62,934 nucleotides of DNA, filler included, from Octopus bimaculoides (GCF_001194135.2; 7 parts of 7 records of this genome joined end to end with filler, not necessarily neighbours in it); one strand, 5' to 3'; numbered from the whole stretch's first letter, positions 25,786-37,806 are shown. Notes: generated from the letters alone by a model not told the origin. Made by a program: numbers and translations.

Positions 25786-26048
25786 CTATATCGTGGGATT
25801 AACACACACAAAAGAAAGCACCATCAAAGGTCCTTTGGTTTGTCCGGCCCTTCCCATTCGGCGTCTAAATCTGCGTGTGAAGGATTTTCCTTAGATTAGT
25901 ACATAAGCATTTCACGTAATTCCCACATGTACGAAAATTAATTAATAGACGGCACTTAAGCTTCTTATTCAGCTGAATGGGAAGGGCCGGACAAACCAAA
26001 AGACCTTTGGTGGCGCTTTCTTTTTTGTGTGTTAGTCCCACTATATAG
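25786..26048. mobile_element. MITE-like foldback element with about 75-bp inverted arms
   Basis: 25786-25862 is the reverse complement of about 25969-26048 with a few mismatches; spacer about 105 bp; TA-rich ends. Confidence 0.8.
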
Positions 26049-27022
26049 GAGTTGCTGTCCTTAAACTAGCTGACTCCTTGTAATAAGTGTAAATATGATT
26101 TCAATGAACGCCCCTAAACCGCGTACAGAGGCAGGATGCTTATGTAGGGTTAACAGTGAGGGCGGAGTAGGTAATCAATGCAACCTCGAAGCCGTGGTCA
26201 AGAAGGCAAAGGTGGTGGCCAGCAGTAACAACAGCAACGGCAGCGATAGAAGCAGCAACAGCAGTACCAACAGCGTAAGGACTCATAGAATTCCAGAAAA
26301 GTGCAATGTTACGTTTTTGGCCAGCTACTTATGACATTTAAAAGAATAGGAAACTGCATACAGAATTACATGGAAGATCTTGGAATAGCCTGGCCAAATG
26401 TTTTAAGGAGCAAGTAACTGGTTTCATGTTTAGATTTGCCTCTGATAGATCAGTATAAGGATAGGTATGTATATAGATAGATAGACATGTGTGTATACGC
26501 NNNNNNNNNNNNNNNNNNNNNNNNNNNNNNNNNNNNNNNNNNNNNNNNNNNNNNNNNNNNNNNNNNNNNNNNNNNNNNNNNNNNNNNNNNNNNNNNNNNN
26601 NNNNNNNNNNNNNNNNNNNNNNNNNNNNNNNNNNNNNNNNNNNNNNNNNNNNNNNNNNNNNNNNNNNNNNNNNNNNNNNNNNNNNNNNNNNNNNNNNNNN
26701 NNNNNNNNNNNNNNNNNNNNNNNNNNNNNNNNNNNNNNNNNNNNNNNNNNNAACCTTATCAAAAATGAATATAAAATATGTGAGAAGAGAAAAGGGCTAT
26801 TAATAAAATAAAATTGAAATTAAAATTAAGAATGACATTCATAGTTTACTGTTATTTCTTGCATGCGCACGTGGTCCTTTCGTTGCCGTTTGAAAGCATG
26901 GTAATTCCAACTTGTTGCGCTAGTAGATTACTACTATCTGTTTTAGTAAATTAAATAGTGGTCAAGAATTCTAGGAGTGGTTGTAGCTGTCGAATAACTA
27001 GCAGCAGTAATGCTAATAACAA

Positions 27023-27064
<42 letters not shown>

Positions 27065-27220
27065 GAGTCGTCGTGGTGAAGTTGTTCCCCCTATGGTTTT
27101 AATAGAAATCGGGTTCTTCAATACCCTTTTTTTATTTCTTATGAATAACTTGCAAATCCACGTATAAATATATTAAAAATGAAAGTCTCAGTGTTGCTAG
27201 TTTAGAGAATTTAGACTTGG

Positions 27221-29385
27221 TCAGTATTTTCTTATAAAATATATTTCCTTGCTAATGCGTTCATTTTGGCTAGCATTGTCTTTGAATTTGTATAGAGAAA
27301 ACGTTGTGAATTTGGGAAATTTGTTGTAAGCACATTCGTCAATGTGCTGGCTGAGAGGTATTTTCCTGTTTTCTGGGATCCTAATCTGGGATTTGTGTAC
27401 CGCCATCCTCTGACGTAGGCTGTTTTTAGTGTGTCCAATATATTGCCGTTTGCATCCTGAGCATGTAATTAGGTAGATCAAGTTCTCCGTTGCACATGTA
27501 AAATTAGTTTTTATTGTGAAATTATGGCCTTGTTCTAATCGATGTTCCGATCCTTCTATTACGTTGACACAGATCCCACAGTTGGGTCTCCCGCATTTTT
27601 TTACTGTAGGTTTAGTGGTTATTGTTGAGTGTAATTTGACCTGGGTTAAAATCTTTTTCATTGATTTTGGTTGCCTCTTACTTTTGATGATTGTATGTGT
27701 TTTGAGGATTTGGTTCATTTTTGGGTCTTTCTTGAGTAGAGCTGTGCTGTGGAGTATGTTGTTGAAGGCCTCATTGTTGTGTGGGTTGTGTGTGGAGATG
27801 TAAGGCAGGGTTTTTAATTTTTCTTCCTTCTTGGGTCTTGGTTGTCTAAGTTCTTGTGTATTTAATTTAAGTACTCTTTGGATCGTATTTTCGATTAAGG
27901 GCTGTGGATAGTTTCTATTTATGAGAGTGGATTTCAATTCCTGGAGTCGTGTATAACGGGTGTTTGCATCTTATACTATAGTGCATATTCTTTTGGCTAA
28001 ACAAAATGGGATATTAGTCCTGGTGTGTCTTGGGTGGCAAGAATCAAATGGTAGATATTGTTTCTAATCAGTGGGTTTATAATAGATATCTGTCTCTATC
28101 TTGTTTCCAACTTTCTTTATGAGGATATCTAAAAACGGTAGTTGTTGATTGTTGTATTCCATCGTAAATTGGGGGTTTTCGTTTATTCCATTTAGAAGTG
28201 TTTGGAATTCGTTGAGCTTTTCTATACTTTCATTCCAGAGGATGAAACAGTCATCAAGATATATTTTCCAGCTGTTTTGTATGTATGTGGAAAAAGAGCT
28301 TCCATATTTCTCGAGTGTCCTCTGGTATAGTTTAATCTCGAGATAGCCCATTACCAGGTTCGCAAAAGTAGGCGTAGTCCGTGTTCCCTTTGCAGTTCGC
28401 GATTTTTGTCGGAAGTATTCGTTGTTAAATATAAAATAAATATTTTTTAGGATAAATCTAAGTCCTTCTATTATAAGTTCTTTTTTAATGCGAGAGGGGA
28501 GTTCATATGTGTAATTGTCTAACCAGAAAGTGATGGCTTCTATTCCTAAAGTGTGGGGGATGTTTGAATACAGGTTGACTACGTCGAAGGATACTAGTAG
28601 TGTTTTTTCATTGACCGTTTTTGGGAGGTGGTTTAGCATATCCAGGTCATCCCTTATAAAGCTCTTGGTGTGTTTTAGGAAGGGTTTCAGTAGAGTGTCC
28701 AAGAAGCTGCTGAAGCGGTGGGTTTCACATGCTGGACCTGTTATTATTGGTCTTAGTTTCAGGTCATCAGGTGAGGGGACCTTGATAATTATGTCTGTAG
28801 CTCCTTTGCATGCATCGTTTATTATTCTACTTTTGTGGATTTGGGGGATGTCGTAGAATAAACTTGATTTACTCTTGAAATTGGTAATGTAGTTGTATTC
28901 CTTCTCTGTGAGTCCATCCCGGTATGAGTTTATAATGTCCTGAGATTATTCATTATTTTATGTTGGTTATAGTGTAGGGCCTTTTCGTAATATGTCTCAT
29001 CATCTAATAAAGATAGTACTAGGTTTTTATAGTCCCTCGTGTTCATTAGGACTACTGCATTACCTTTATCTGCCTCTTTAATTGTTATGGTTTTATCTTT
29101 TTTTAGTTCGTTAAGGTCATTCCATTGTCTCTTGTTGAAGTTTGGTCTGTGTTTTTGTTTATTTGTGAGTTGATAAGGGTAATTGGTGATGTGCTCACAG
29201 AACTGGTCGAGGGCTTTCTTCTTTCCTTTGTAGGGGTGTAGTCGCTGCTATTTCTAGCTATTGAATCGTCGTCAATGAGTTTGTCATAAAATTGCTCGGC
29301 TAATCTTAATTTTCTACAAAACTCAGAAATATCATCTTTCATTTCATGGTAATTTGGTCGTTGTGGGGTTGGTGTAAAAGCTTGC
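27221..29385 (-). mobile_element. Penelope-like retroelement, RT plus GIY-YIG endonuclease, 5'-truncated and frameshifted
   Basis: LVSFDVVNLYSNIPH, FANLVMGYLE, YLDDCFILW (RT); CATENLIYLITCSGCKRQYIGHTKNSLRQRMAVHK (GIY-YIG) preceded by CGRPNCGIC. Confidence 0.92.
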
Positions 29386-30626
29386 GTGTATGTGTGTACA
29401 TATATGCATGTATTCCTAGTATATTTATATTCATTTATGGAATACTTTATTGCACTTGTAATGTCAACATATGTTTATATAAATTGAAAAAGTTTTGAAT
29501 TAATCCTAAATTTAATTCTCTACATATAAGGAGTTTTTATAGAAATTGTTATAGTATTTTTTGTGAACTCTCTCTTACTTCTTTCTCTCCTTCTCTCTAT
29601 CTCTCTCTCTCTCTGTACACATACATACCTACACACACACGCACACACGCACGCACGCTCACACACGCACACACGCACACACGCACACACACGCACGATT
29701 ATACATATTTACATATGTGAATATGTTTATTTCCGTGTGTGTGTGTGTGTATTTATGTGTATTTATATATGTAGGTGTGTATTCTCACAGGTACACATTT
29801 AATACACTTTGTTTCCTTTAAGAAGTATTTTCCTAAAAATTATTAAATGATAATATATAATAATTAAGAATATAATACCTTTATAAACTAAGTATTTCGG
29901 ATAATTTAATAAGGTATAATATAATGATATTATATTAAACTTAACGATATTGTTACTACTATTATTCTTGTTGTGGTTGCTTTTGTTATCACTATTATCA
30001 ATAAAATGGTGAACTGACTAAAATCATTCGTGAAATCATTTCTCACATTTCGTCCTTCTTACTTCATTTTTGACGGCTACACTGTTCATCGATTCGATAT
30101 CAGTATAATGACTACCAGCTACCTACTGGTACTAATTATGCAATTCACTAGTTCGGTCTACATTACATCCAGAATTGGAGAAGGCACTTGTCCTTGGTAT
30201 TCAGGAAGACCTTGGACGGTGGGATTCTTCGATTATCCCTAGAGGTCCTCTTGTATCAGGAGGACTACATCACTATCATCATTTTGTTCTGCAAGAATGG
30301 TAAGCAAGAGATCATCATCAAGTAATCTTCAGTTCCATTTTCGATCATTCCAAGTGCACCTATAATCATTGGTATTGTAACCGTCTTCAGATGCTACGTC
30401 TTTTCGATTTTGATCAGCAAATCTTTATATCTTATTGCGCCTTCGGTCAGCAAATCTTTATATTTCCTCCTCCTCCCCTCTTCTTGTTCTTCTTCTTCTT
30501 GTTCTTCTTCTTGTTCTTCTTCTTGTTCTTCTTCTTGTTCTTGTTCTTCTTTTTCTCCATCTTTTTCTTCTCATTTTATTTCATCTTCCGACCGGGTTTC
30601 AACCAGAGACATAAGGCACGTATATA

Positions 30627-31950
30627 TTACATGGTGAGAAACTTCCTGAGAATGTCGGCGGTTGATATCAATACAATTTTTTTAATCACATAGATTGTTG
30701 GTTTCCCAGGGTTAAAGATGTTGTCAGTACCTTTCTTGATCATTTCCAGGGCACCTACAACAACAGGGATGGTTTTGGTTTTTAATTGCCACATCTTAGA
30801 TATGTTAATCTCAAGGCCCTTATATTTCGACAGTTTTTCAAATTCCTTTCTTGAGATGTTTCTATCGGTAGGCACTGTTATATCAATTAACAGGTATGTT
30901 CTTTGTCTTAGGTCTTTGATGACGATATCTGGTCTGTAAACATTTATTTACCAGTCTGTATGTATCCCATGAATTCCATAGAAAGGTAACACTCTTTCCT
31001 TCAGTGACTGGTTCTGAATGGTGTTCATACAAGTTCTTGGGGTGCGGGATATCATATTGAGGGCATATGCTCCAGTGCAAGTATTGATCAACTCGATCGT
31101 GCTTGGTTTTATATTCTGTAAGGGTAAGGACTGAGCTGCCGCTTGCCAACAATGTGGTCAATACTCTCAGGTTTGTCATTGCGGAGTCTACACTTTGTTT
31201 CTACCTCATTGTGTGTGACATTAGCTTGATAGTTCCGGGTGAGGAGACTCTGATCTTGTGTCCCTAGGATAAATCCTTCTGTTTCGGCTTCAAACCAATA
31301 TTCTGCAGTTACTGATGGGTTCTTCTATCTACTCCAGCTTGCTCAGCTCGTTTGGAATATTGCCCATGCAATAGTTTTCTTGCCACAGTCTTGATATTTT
31401 CTTCAAGTTTTCTTGTTTGACTTTTGTTTTAGACATTTTTGCCGCTTTAGTGGGTAGTGCGTCCTCCTTATCATCATCATAGTTAGGGAGGTTAAGCTCT
31501 CGTCTGTATTTACATACCCCCTTTGTGACTGAGTGCAGTTTCTTACTCTGTTTGTGTTGCCTTAAAAGCTGTATCATCTAGTTGGTGTTACTTTGGATGT
31601 ACACTTGGTCGTTTTATGGGATGTTTCAAGCTGGTTTAAGCTTCTGCCACTTTCCTACCGTGAGAGATAGAGTCTGTGGACGTCTGATTTGGGGTGCATC
31701 CTGTTTAGTGTCAACAGTTTCCTGGATTTTATGTCCATACGCTGGAAATCACTCACGTTCCAATTGATGACATTAAGTCTATACTGGACAGCTGGTGCCA
31801 CCGGGGAGTTTATAGCGGCAATTCTATTCTGAGAGTTCTACTCAGTAGTCTTGCCATTTCCACTTTCGATTCGGAGTACTTGGTGATTTTTTCAACCTCT
31901 TTACTCACAACATTCATGTCATTTGGTAAGGCTACATCAATGATCTAACA
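30627..31950 (-). mobile_element. R4/Dong-like LINE 3' part with a restriction-like endonuclease; small second fragment at about 30330-30385
   Basis: HPKSDVHRLYL (RT thumb), KHDRV..LHW, YRPDIVIKD..LLID, KEFEKLSKYKGL and KTIPVVVGALEMI; (GAAGAACAA)n-like tail at 30478-30552 on the minus strand. Confidence 0.8.
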
Positions 31951-31954
31951 GTTT

Positions 31955-32403
31955 CGTCAAAAGCTTGGTGGCACTTAAACTATCCAGAAGACTCAGCAGG
32001 CCTTTGGCGATGATGCCATGGACAAAACTCAGTGCATTCAATTTTAATGGAGGATTTGGGCAAGCAGCAGAAGCAACATGCATGGAAATCGCTCAGGACA
32101 TGCTGGTCTGTGCAAACTACGACCCAGACGTGATGAAGACCATCATCTCCAGTGATGAAACATGGATTTATGGTCTCTGTTCGATGCGTTCGCTCATCTG
32201 GCGTTAAAACGAAAATCCGACAATAGTGCACTATACGTCTTTACTCTGGGTGTATTAGTCGGCAGATGACGCGGTCAACCGGTACGAAAATTTTTGTGCC
32301 TGCACAGAAAAGCAGCATCACTTCCCACCCAGTGGATTTTGCTTACACGGCATCAGTTTTCGCAGGAAAAGATAAAGTCGGATACTTTTTGAACGCACTT
32401 TGT
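31955..32403 (+). mobile_element. Internally deleted mariner whose right end is an inverted copy of its 5' end
   Basis: Plus strand: QKLG..TIQKTQQAFGDDAM...MEIAQDML..DPDVMKTIISSDETWIYG. Minus strand 32403-32174: TIR-like TACAAAGTGCGTTCAAAAAGTATCCGAC, 5' UTR and ATG MSERIEQR. Confidence 0.8.
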
Positions 32404-32988
32404 ATATATTGATTTTAAATTTATTTCAGATGTTGGCACAAGGCCAATAATTTCGCGAGAAGGGGCTTGTCGACTGCACCAATCCCAGTGTTCAACTTCT
32501 ACTTATTTTATCGACCCCGAAAGGATGAAAAGCAAGTCGATCTCGGCGGAATTTGAATTCAGAATTTATAGACGGTCGAAAAACGCTAAGCATTTCGCCC
32601 GGCGTGCTCACTGCCTTCATCTCGTATATATTAAAGGCATACATTTTCTACAAAAGTATCATTCATATATATCAAGGAGTCGAACACATTTATAGTCTAG
32701 GTAATTTTACTTAGTATAAGTGAAACCAAGTGAGCTAACAGAAATACCAAATAAGGGTATACTAAATATCGTACAGGCTAAACACATCCACAGAAAAGCA
32801 ATGTGTGATGCTATGTATTCGGGTAATAAATAATTTACAATTTACGTTCAACTGAATAAAACTAAAAGCGTTCTTTAGATGCCCCGAAAATCGATTATTA
32901 ATTTTGTGTTCTTGTAGATCGACAGCTTACATATATTTTTCATTCGGTTGATTACAGTTTATAGTTTGTGCGTAATTTCTCTTTTTAG

Positions 32989-33155
32989 ATAGAAATTACC
33001 AACGATGTTCAGTTCATTATACCAATAATGCTTTCAATTTTGATCGCCAAATGGATCGGTGATTACTTTACGCACCCCATTTACCATGCCACCCTCGAAT
33101 TAAAGTGTATCCCATTCTTACGTGCAGAACCACATCTCGTGATAGCTTCTAAAAG
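32989..33155 (+). CDS. CLC chloride channel/antiporter, next exon (helices Q-R and linker to CBS1)
   Basis: tttttAG|...AG|GTACGT; phase-0 start joins the previous exon as TIIM|IEITNDVQFIIPIMLSILIAKWIGDYFTHPIYHATLELKCIPFL; keeps the central Tyr (PIY). Confidence 0.93.
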
Positions 33156-33589
33156 GTACGTGTTATTTTAATCATAAATAAACTCACATAGCCTGTCGTG
33201 AAAATTGCTGACAGTTTTATTAATGATAGAAAATAGCGCAACAAAACAATGATAGAAACCATTGATAAATTTCAGTAATCGAGTAAATACATGTACATAC
33301 ACAGAATTGAAACATTTGGACAATCAGACGCTTTGTAAAACCTCGTCTCAAAATATTATCATCCATGTAATATATATACATTATACACCTGCTCTTCCAC
33401 ACTTGCACGGATCAGACAGATTTTGTATACCCGGATGTCATTCACGTCGCCAGCACTCGTTTCCAAGTAAGGAAATATCTCAACAAGCCTAGACATGATT
33501 ACGTAGTAGTTTGGAAACAAAGAAAACTTTGCATGAGTGATACACTATTACAACTACTGCCCGATATCAGGGTAAGGAGGCAGTAAATT

Positions 33590-33626
<37 letters not shown>

Positions 33627-35399
33627 CATACACACATACAGAGTTGAACGTTTCTGTAACTATCATATTCTGGCAATCTAATGAACTAACTTTATTTTCC
33701 TTGATTTGTAAATATATAATTGTGAAGCATAATGCCAAGCCAGCATATTAATGTAAACATGTAAGCATAATTTCTTCCCCGCGTGAAGTAATACTACAGG
33801 AATAAGCTTGCTAAACAGCTATAATTCTAAGGATGTCACATGGTTAAATAAATATATATTCATTTCTCATACTGACTTTTATGTATAAATATGTATAAAT
33901 ATTATATTTGCGTGTGTGTATATAAATGTATGTGTATATAANNNNNNNNNNNNNNNNNNNNNNNNNNNNNNNNNNNNNNNNNNNNTTAATTAATTAANNN
34001 NNNNNNNNNNNNNNNNNNNNNNNNNNNNNNNNNNNNNNNNNAATGCTTGAAAGAAATTCAAAGCTCTGCAAAAATCCAGTAAAAAATTCTTCATGGTTCA
34101 AAACATTGCTTACTTTGTACTCAACCTGATATACTGTTCATTGTTCTGCTATAGGAAACAGCAACAAAAAGTATTTAAATATGTGCTACTAATAGTTTCA
34201 TGCTGTGGAATTATATATATTATCATCAGGTCGATCTTGAGTGCTACTGGTAACATGTAACCCAGTACAATCTGTTGCATGGTCGAGTCATCGGCGACTA
34301 AACTGGCAACCCCACCAAACTTGTTGGTGAGAAGGGTGATTGCTTTTCTATATCTTATTTGTATTCTTGAATTTAATATCCTTTTACATTTTTTATGTGC
34401 GTATGTATGTATGTACGTACGTACGCACGTATGTATGTATGTATGTATGTATGTATGCATGTATGTATGTATGCATGTATGCATGTATGTATGTATGTAT
34501 GTATGTATGTATGGGGCAGATCAGTGGCCGTGGTGAGGGCAACCCATCTCGGAGAAGGAAAACTCTGACAGTTGTGGTTTCTGACAGTTCCCTTAGCTAA
34601 AGTGCACTATCAGCATCTACTTATTCGTAGGGCAGTCTGGGCTCTGTAGCTTTTAAGCAACTAGACTAAGAGAAGGCCACTCTGATCTCGAATATGCAAT
34701 CGATTTAGCATCGGACGCGTGACATACCACACACCAGTGCAGGTAAATGTTTTTCTGATAGAAAGAGTGTGCATTCTGCTGTATAAGTAATGACCACTGT
34801 AAATAAATCGTGTGCAGGTTGTTCAGTANNNNNNNNNNNNNNNNNNNNNNNNNNNNNNNNNNNNNNNNNNNNNNNNNNNNNNNNNNNNNNNNNNNNNNNN
34901 NNNNNNNNNTCTGTAGGTTTTAAGCAACTAGACTAAGAGAAGGCCACTCTGATCTCGAATATGCAATCGATTTAGCATCGGACGCGTGACATACCACACA
35001 CCAGTGCAGGTAAATGTTTTTCTGATAGAAAGAGTGTGCATTCTGCTGTATAAGTAATGACCACTGTAAATAAATCGTGTGCAGGTTGTTCAGTAAAGTA
35101 CAATCAGCAAATACTACCAACATGTTTTGTGTCCCCTAACCCTATGACGATGAAGGAATAGCGACGGGAACAGGTGAAGGATGTCACTGGAAGTTCTTAG
35201 CTTGAACTTCGCACATAGGTGGTGAAAGGTAGATGGCCACTTTACACAACTGCGAGTAATTGTGTATTGAAACGTAACTCCCTGTTCTAAAAATATTCAT
35301 TTATTAGTTGTAATTTTTTTCTCAAATTATTTATGTTTGTTTTTTGCAGTATAAGAATTTATTCTTTAATTGTATTTCTTGTATTGCTCATGTCATTCA

Positions 35400-35680
35400 C
35401 AAATGACTAAATGCCCACTTCCCGAGGGGATGGATGGGTCATTGTTGTCTGCATGAGTGGCCAGCCAGAAGTCCCAACTTAATACCTTGTGACTCCCCTC
35501 TTCGGGGTTGGTTAAAGGAACAAGTCTACTGTACCAAACCAAAGGCTTTGGAAGAACTTGAAGGGCGAATATTCGAAGTTATGTCTTCCATCCCACAAGA
35601 GTTTCTGGTGAAATCAGTTGACACAGTTTCTGGGTGACTCAAGAAGCTAGTGGCGACATCTGGAGCCCATATCGAATTTT
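35400..35680 (+). mobile_element. Tc1/mariner-superfamily transposase C-terminal fragment
   Basis: EWPARSPNLIPCDSPLRGWLKEQVY..KPKALEELEGRI resembles WPxxSPDLxPxDFFLWGxLKxxVY. Confidence 0.85.
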
Positions 35681-35982
35681 AAATAAAACCCCATACTAAA
35701 AGGTTTCCTTTCATATCCACTTTTTTGTAAAAATTACAATCAATAAATAATTTTTAAGTATTTAAAAACAGGTTGTTACTTTTCAATTTCTGTGTGTATA
35801 TGTATATATATATAATCCGAATTTTATAGTATTAAGTATCCATCACAGCTGGTCTCTACTATAAAATTCAGATAATATACCCACTCTACTGACAGTTATG
35901 TGTGTGTGTGTATATGTATATATACCGTTGACTGAACACTATTCAATTTTTTTTCTCCGTGTTTTTCTCCTTGTCTCCGTAT

Positions 35983-36019
35983 TCTTTCTGTTGAAGAGCG
36001 TAGCTCGAAACGTCAAAGA
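35983..36019 (+). ncRNA. Minimal type I hammerhead ribozyme fold (A6U core variant) in a short repeat at about 35915-36115
   Basis: TCTTT-CTGTTGA-A-GAGC-gta-GCTC-GAA-ACGT-C-AAAGA: perfect stems I and II, palindromic ACGU stem III, GUC site. Confidence 0.6.
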
Positions 36020-36614
36020 CTTTCCGTATTCCCGAGCGTCATACTAATATATACTTTTGTTATTTACACCACCTGTCCTCGTCTGTTGTTATTTTTTGTA
36101 TATTCTCCCATATATATANNNNNNNNNNNNNNNNNNNNNNNNNNNNNNNNNNNNNNNNNNNNNNNNNNNNNNNNNNNNNNNNNNNNNNNNNNNNNNNNNN
36201 NNNNNNNNNNNNNNNNNNNNNNNNNNNNNNNNNNNNNNNNNNNNNNNNNNNNNNNNNNNNNNNNNNNNNNNNNNNNNNNNNNNNNNNNNNNNNNNNNNNN
36301 NNNNNNNNNNNNNNNNNNNNNNNNNNNNNNNNNNNNNNNNNNNNNNNNNNNNNNNNNNNNNNNNNNNNNNNNNNNNNNNNNNNNNNNNNNNNNNNNNNNN
36401 NNNNNNNNNNNNNNNNNNNNNNNNNNNNNNNNNNNNNNNNNNNNNNNNNNNNNNNNNNNNNNNNNNNNNNNNNNNNNNNNNNNNNNNNNNNNNNNNNNNN
36501 NNNNNNNNNNNNNNNNNNNNNNNNNNNNNNNNNNNNNNNNNNNNNNNNNNNNNNNNNNNNNNNNNNNNNNNNNNNNNNNNNNNNNNNNNNNNNNNNNNNN
36601 NNNNNNNNNCCATT

Positions 36615-36840
36615 CAGTGTATATAATGTAAAGATTTTTCTTATTTCCAACTCTTGAACATCTAACGTAAAGCAGACTGTGAGTGAAGCAAGGCTCTTCA
36701 AGGTGTAAAACCGATATGTTTGCCCTTGTGATTTTTTGATGGTCGTGGCAAAACTAAGACTCGCTGGAAATTGAAGCCGTTTGAATTGAAATGGGTCGTC
36801 GTCTCTTGAGTTTGTGCGACGAAGGCTCTGTGCACTTATC
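36615..36840 (-). mobile_element. Helitron (PIF1-like helicase) remnant
   Basis: PFQFKRLQFPASLSFATTIKKSQGQT resembles the Helitron motif RxQFPxxLxFAxTINKSQGQT. Confidence 0.85.
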
Positions 36841-37144
36841 ATCTAATCGATGTATATCCGATGCTCGGGTGTCTTCCGAGATCGTGCAACAGAGGTTCGC
36901 GTTCGCATAACACAAAGTCTATTTCTTCTATGTTCGAGTGTCTCCTGAGCTCCCTGCTGATACTTTGTGAGTGTATTTCGGATCTAGTTAGTTTCATTCG
37001 CAAAATGAGCCCCCTGTAATTTTGCTCAAGTTGTTTTCGATTTTGGTGTATCGCTGCAACTCTGAATTCTGATTACGATCAACTAATTACTTTATCTCGT
37101 AAATTAAAGAATCTGATGTCATTTGCAATTAAAGTTGGAAAATT

Positions 37145-37200
37145 TTAGCCAATCAACAAACAGCGAAGCATTAACAGCTTGTTACCATGACAACCGCACG
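37145..37200. promoter_or_regulatory. Putative promoter module: CCAAT box plus RFX X-box in a CpG-rich patch
   Basis: AGCCAATC (CCAAT at 37149-37153); GTTACCATGACAAC at 37181-37194; many CpGs across about 36840-37290. Confidence 0.4.
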
Positions 37201-37760
37201 TCGTGCTGTGTTTCACTTCACCCACACGTTGTGTTGCTTCTTCACACCACGAGATTTACTTCACCCGCGTGTTTTGTTTCAATAAGAATTTGTATTTATC
37301 AATTAGAATTTTATTATAGATATTTTTCCTCAATTGTCTTAATATTTTACATATTTTTCATATATATAGCAAAAGTTGTTTGCGATGTTTATACTGTTTC
37401 TTAACATTATGAAGGTGAATGGAATATGTGAACTTAGTACACAACCGCACATCTACACTCCAAGCACAGTACTAACAAAGCATCGGTGATTCATCGACTC
37501 ACTATTGCCAAGCTTCAGGGACTCATTGACTCATATAGCTGGATTTATGATTTCCCTAGATTAATTCTATTCATAAACATTTAAATTAGGAGTATTTCTT
37601 AAACCGTTAACTTCACATTTCAACAGTTTAACTGAAATTTAGCCCACGTAACAGGAACTGAGAGGGATATCGTAGAACAGAGAAACTGTGGGTGATACAA
37701 ATAATCTGACATTACATTATTTACATTTGACGGATATTTGACCTCATCTTGTTTGTTGTT

Positions 37761-37806
37761 AACACAACGTTTCGGCTGATGTACACTTCAGGCTTCATCA
37801 GGTGTC
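37761..37806 (-). ncRNA. Minimal type I hammerhead ribozyme fold
   Basis: Minus strand: GACAC-CTGATGA-A-GCCTGA-agtgtaca-TCAGCC-GAA-ACGT-T-GTGTT; canonical core, one mismatch in stem II. Confidence 0.65.

Noticed and set aside
34643-35095. 186-bp direct duplication on both sides of a small gap (34643-34828 and 34910-35095)
   Set aside because: Near-identical copies abutting a gap are typical of an unmerged contig overlap or haplotype artefact
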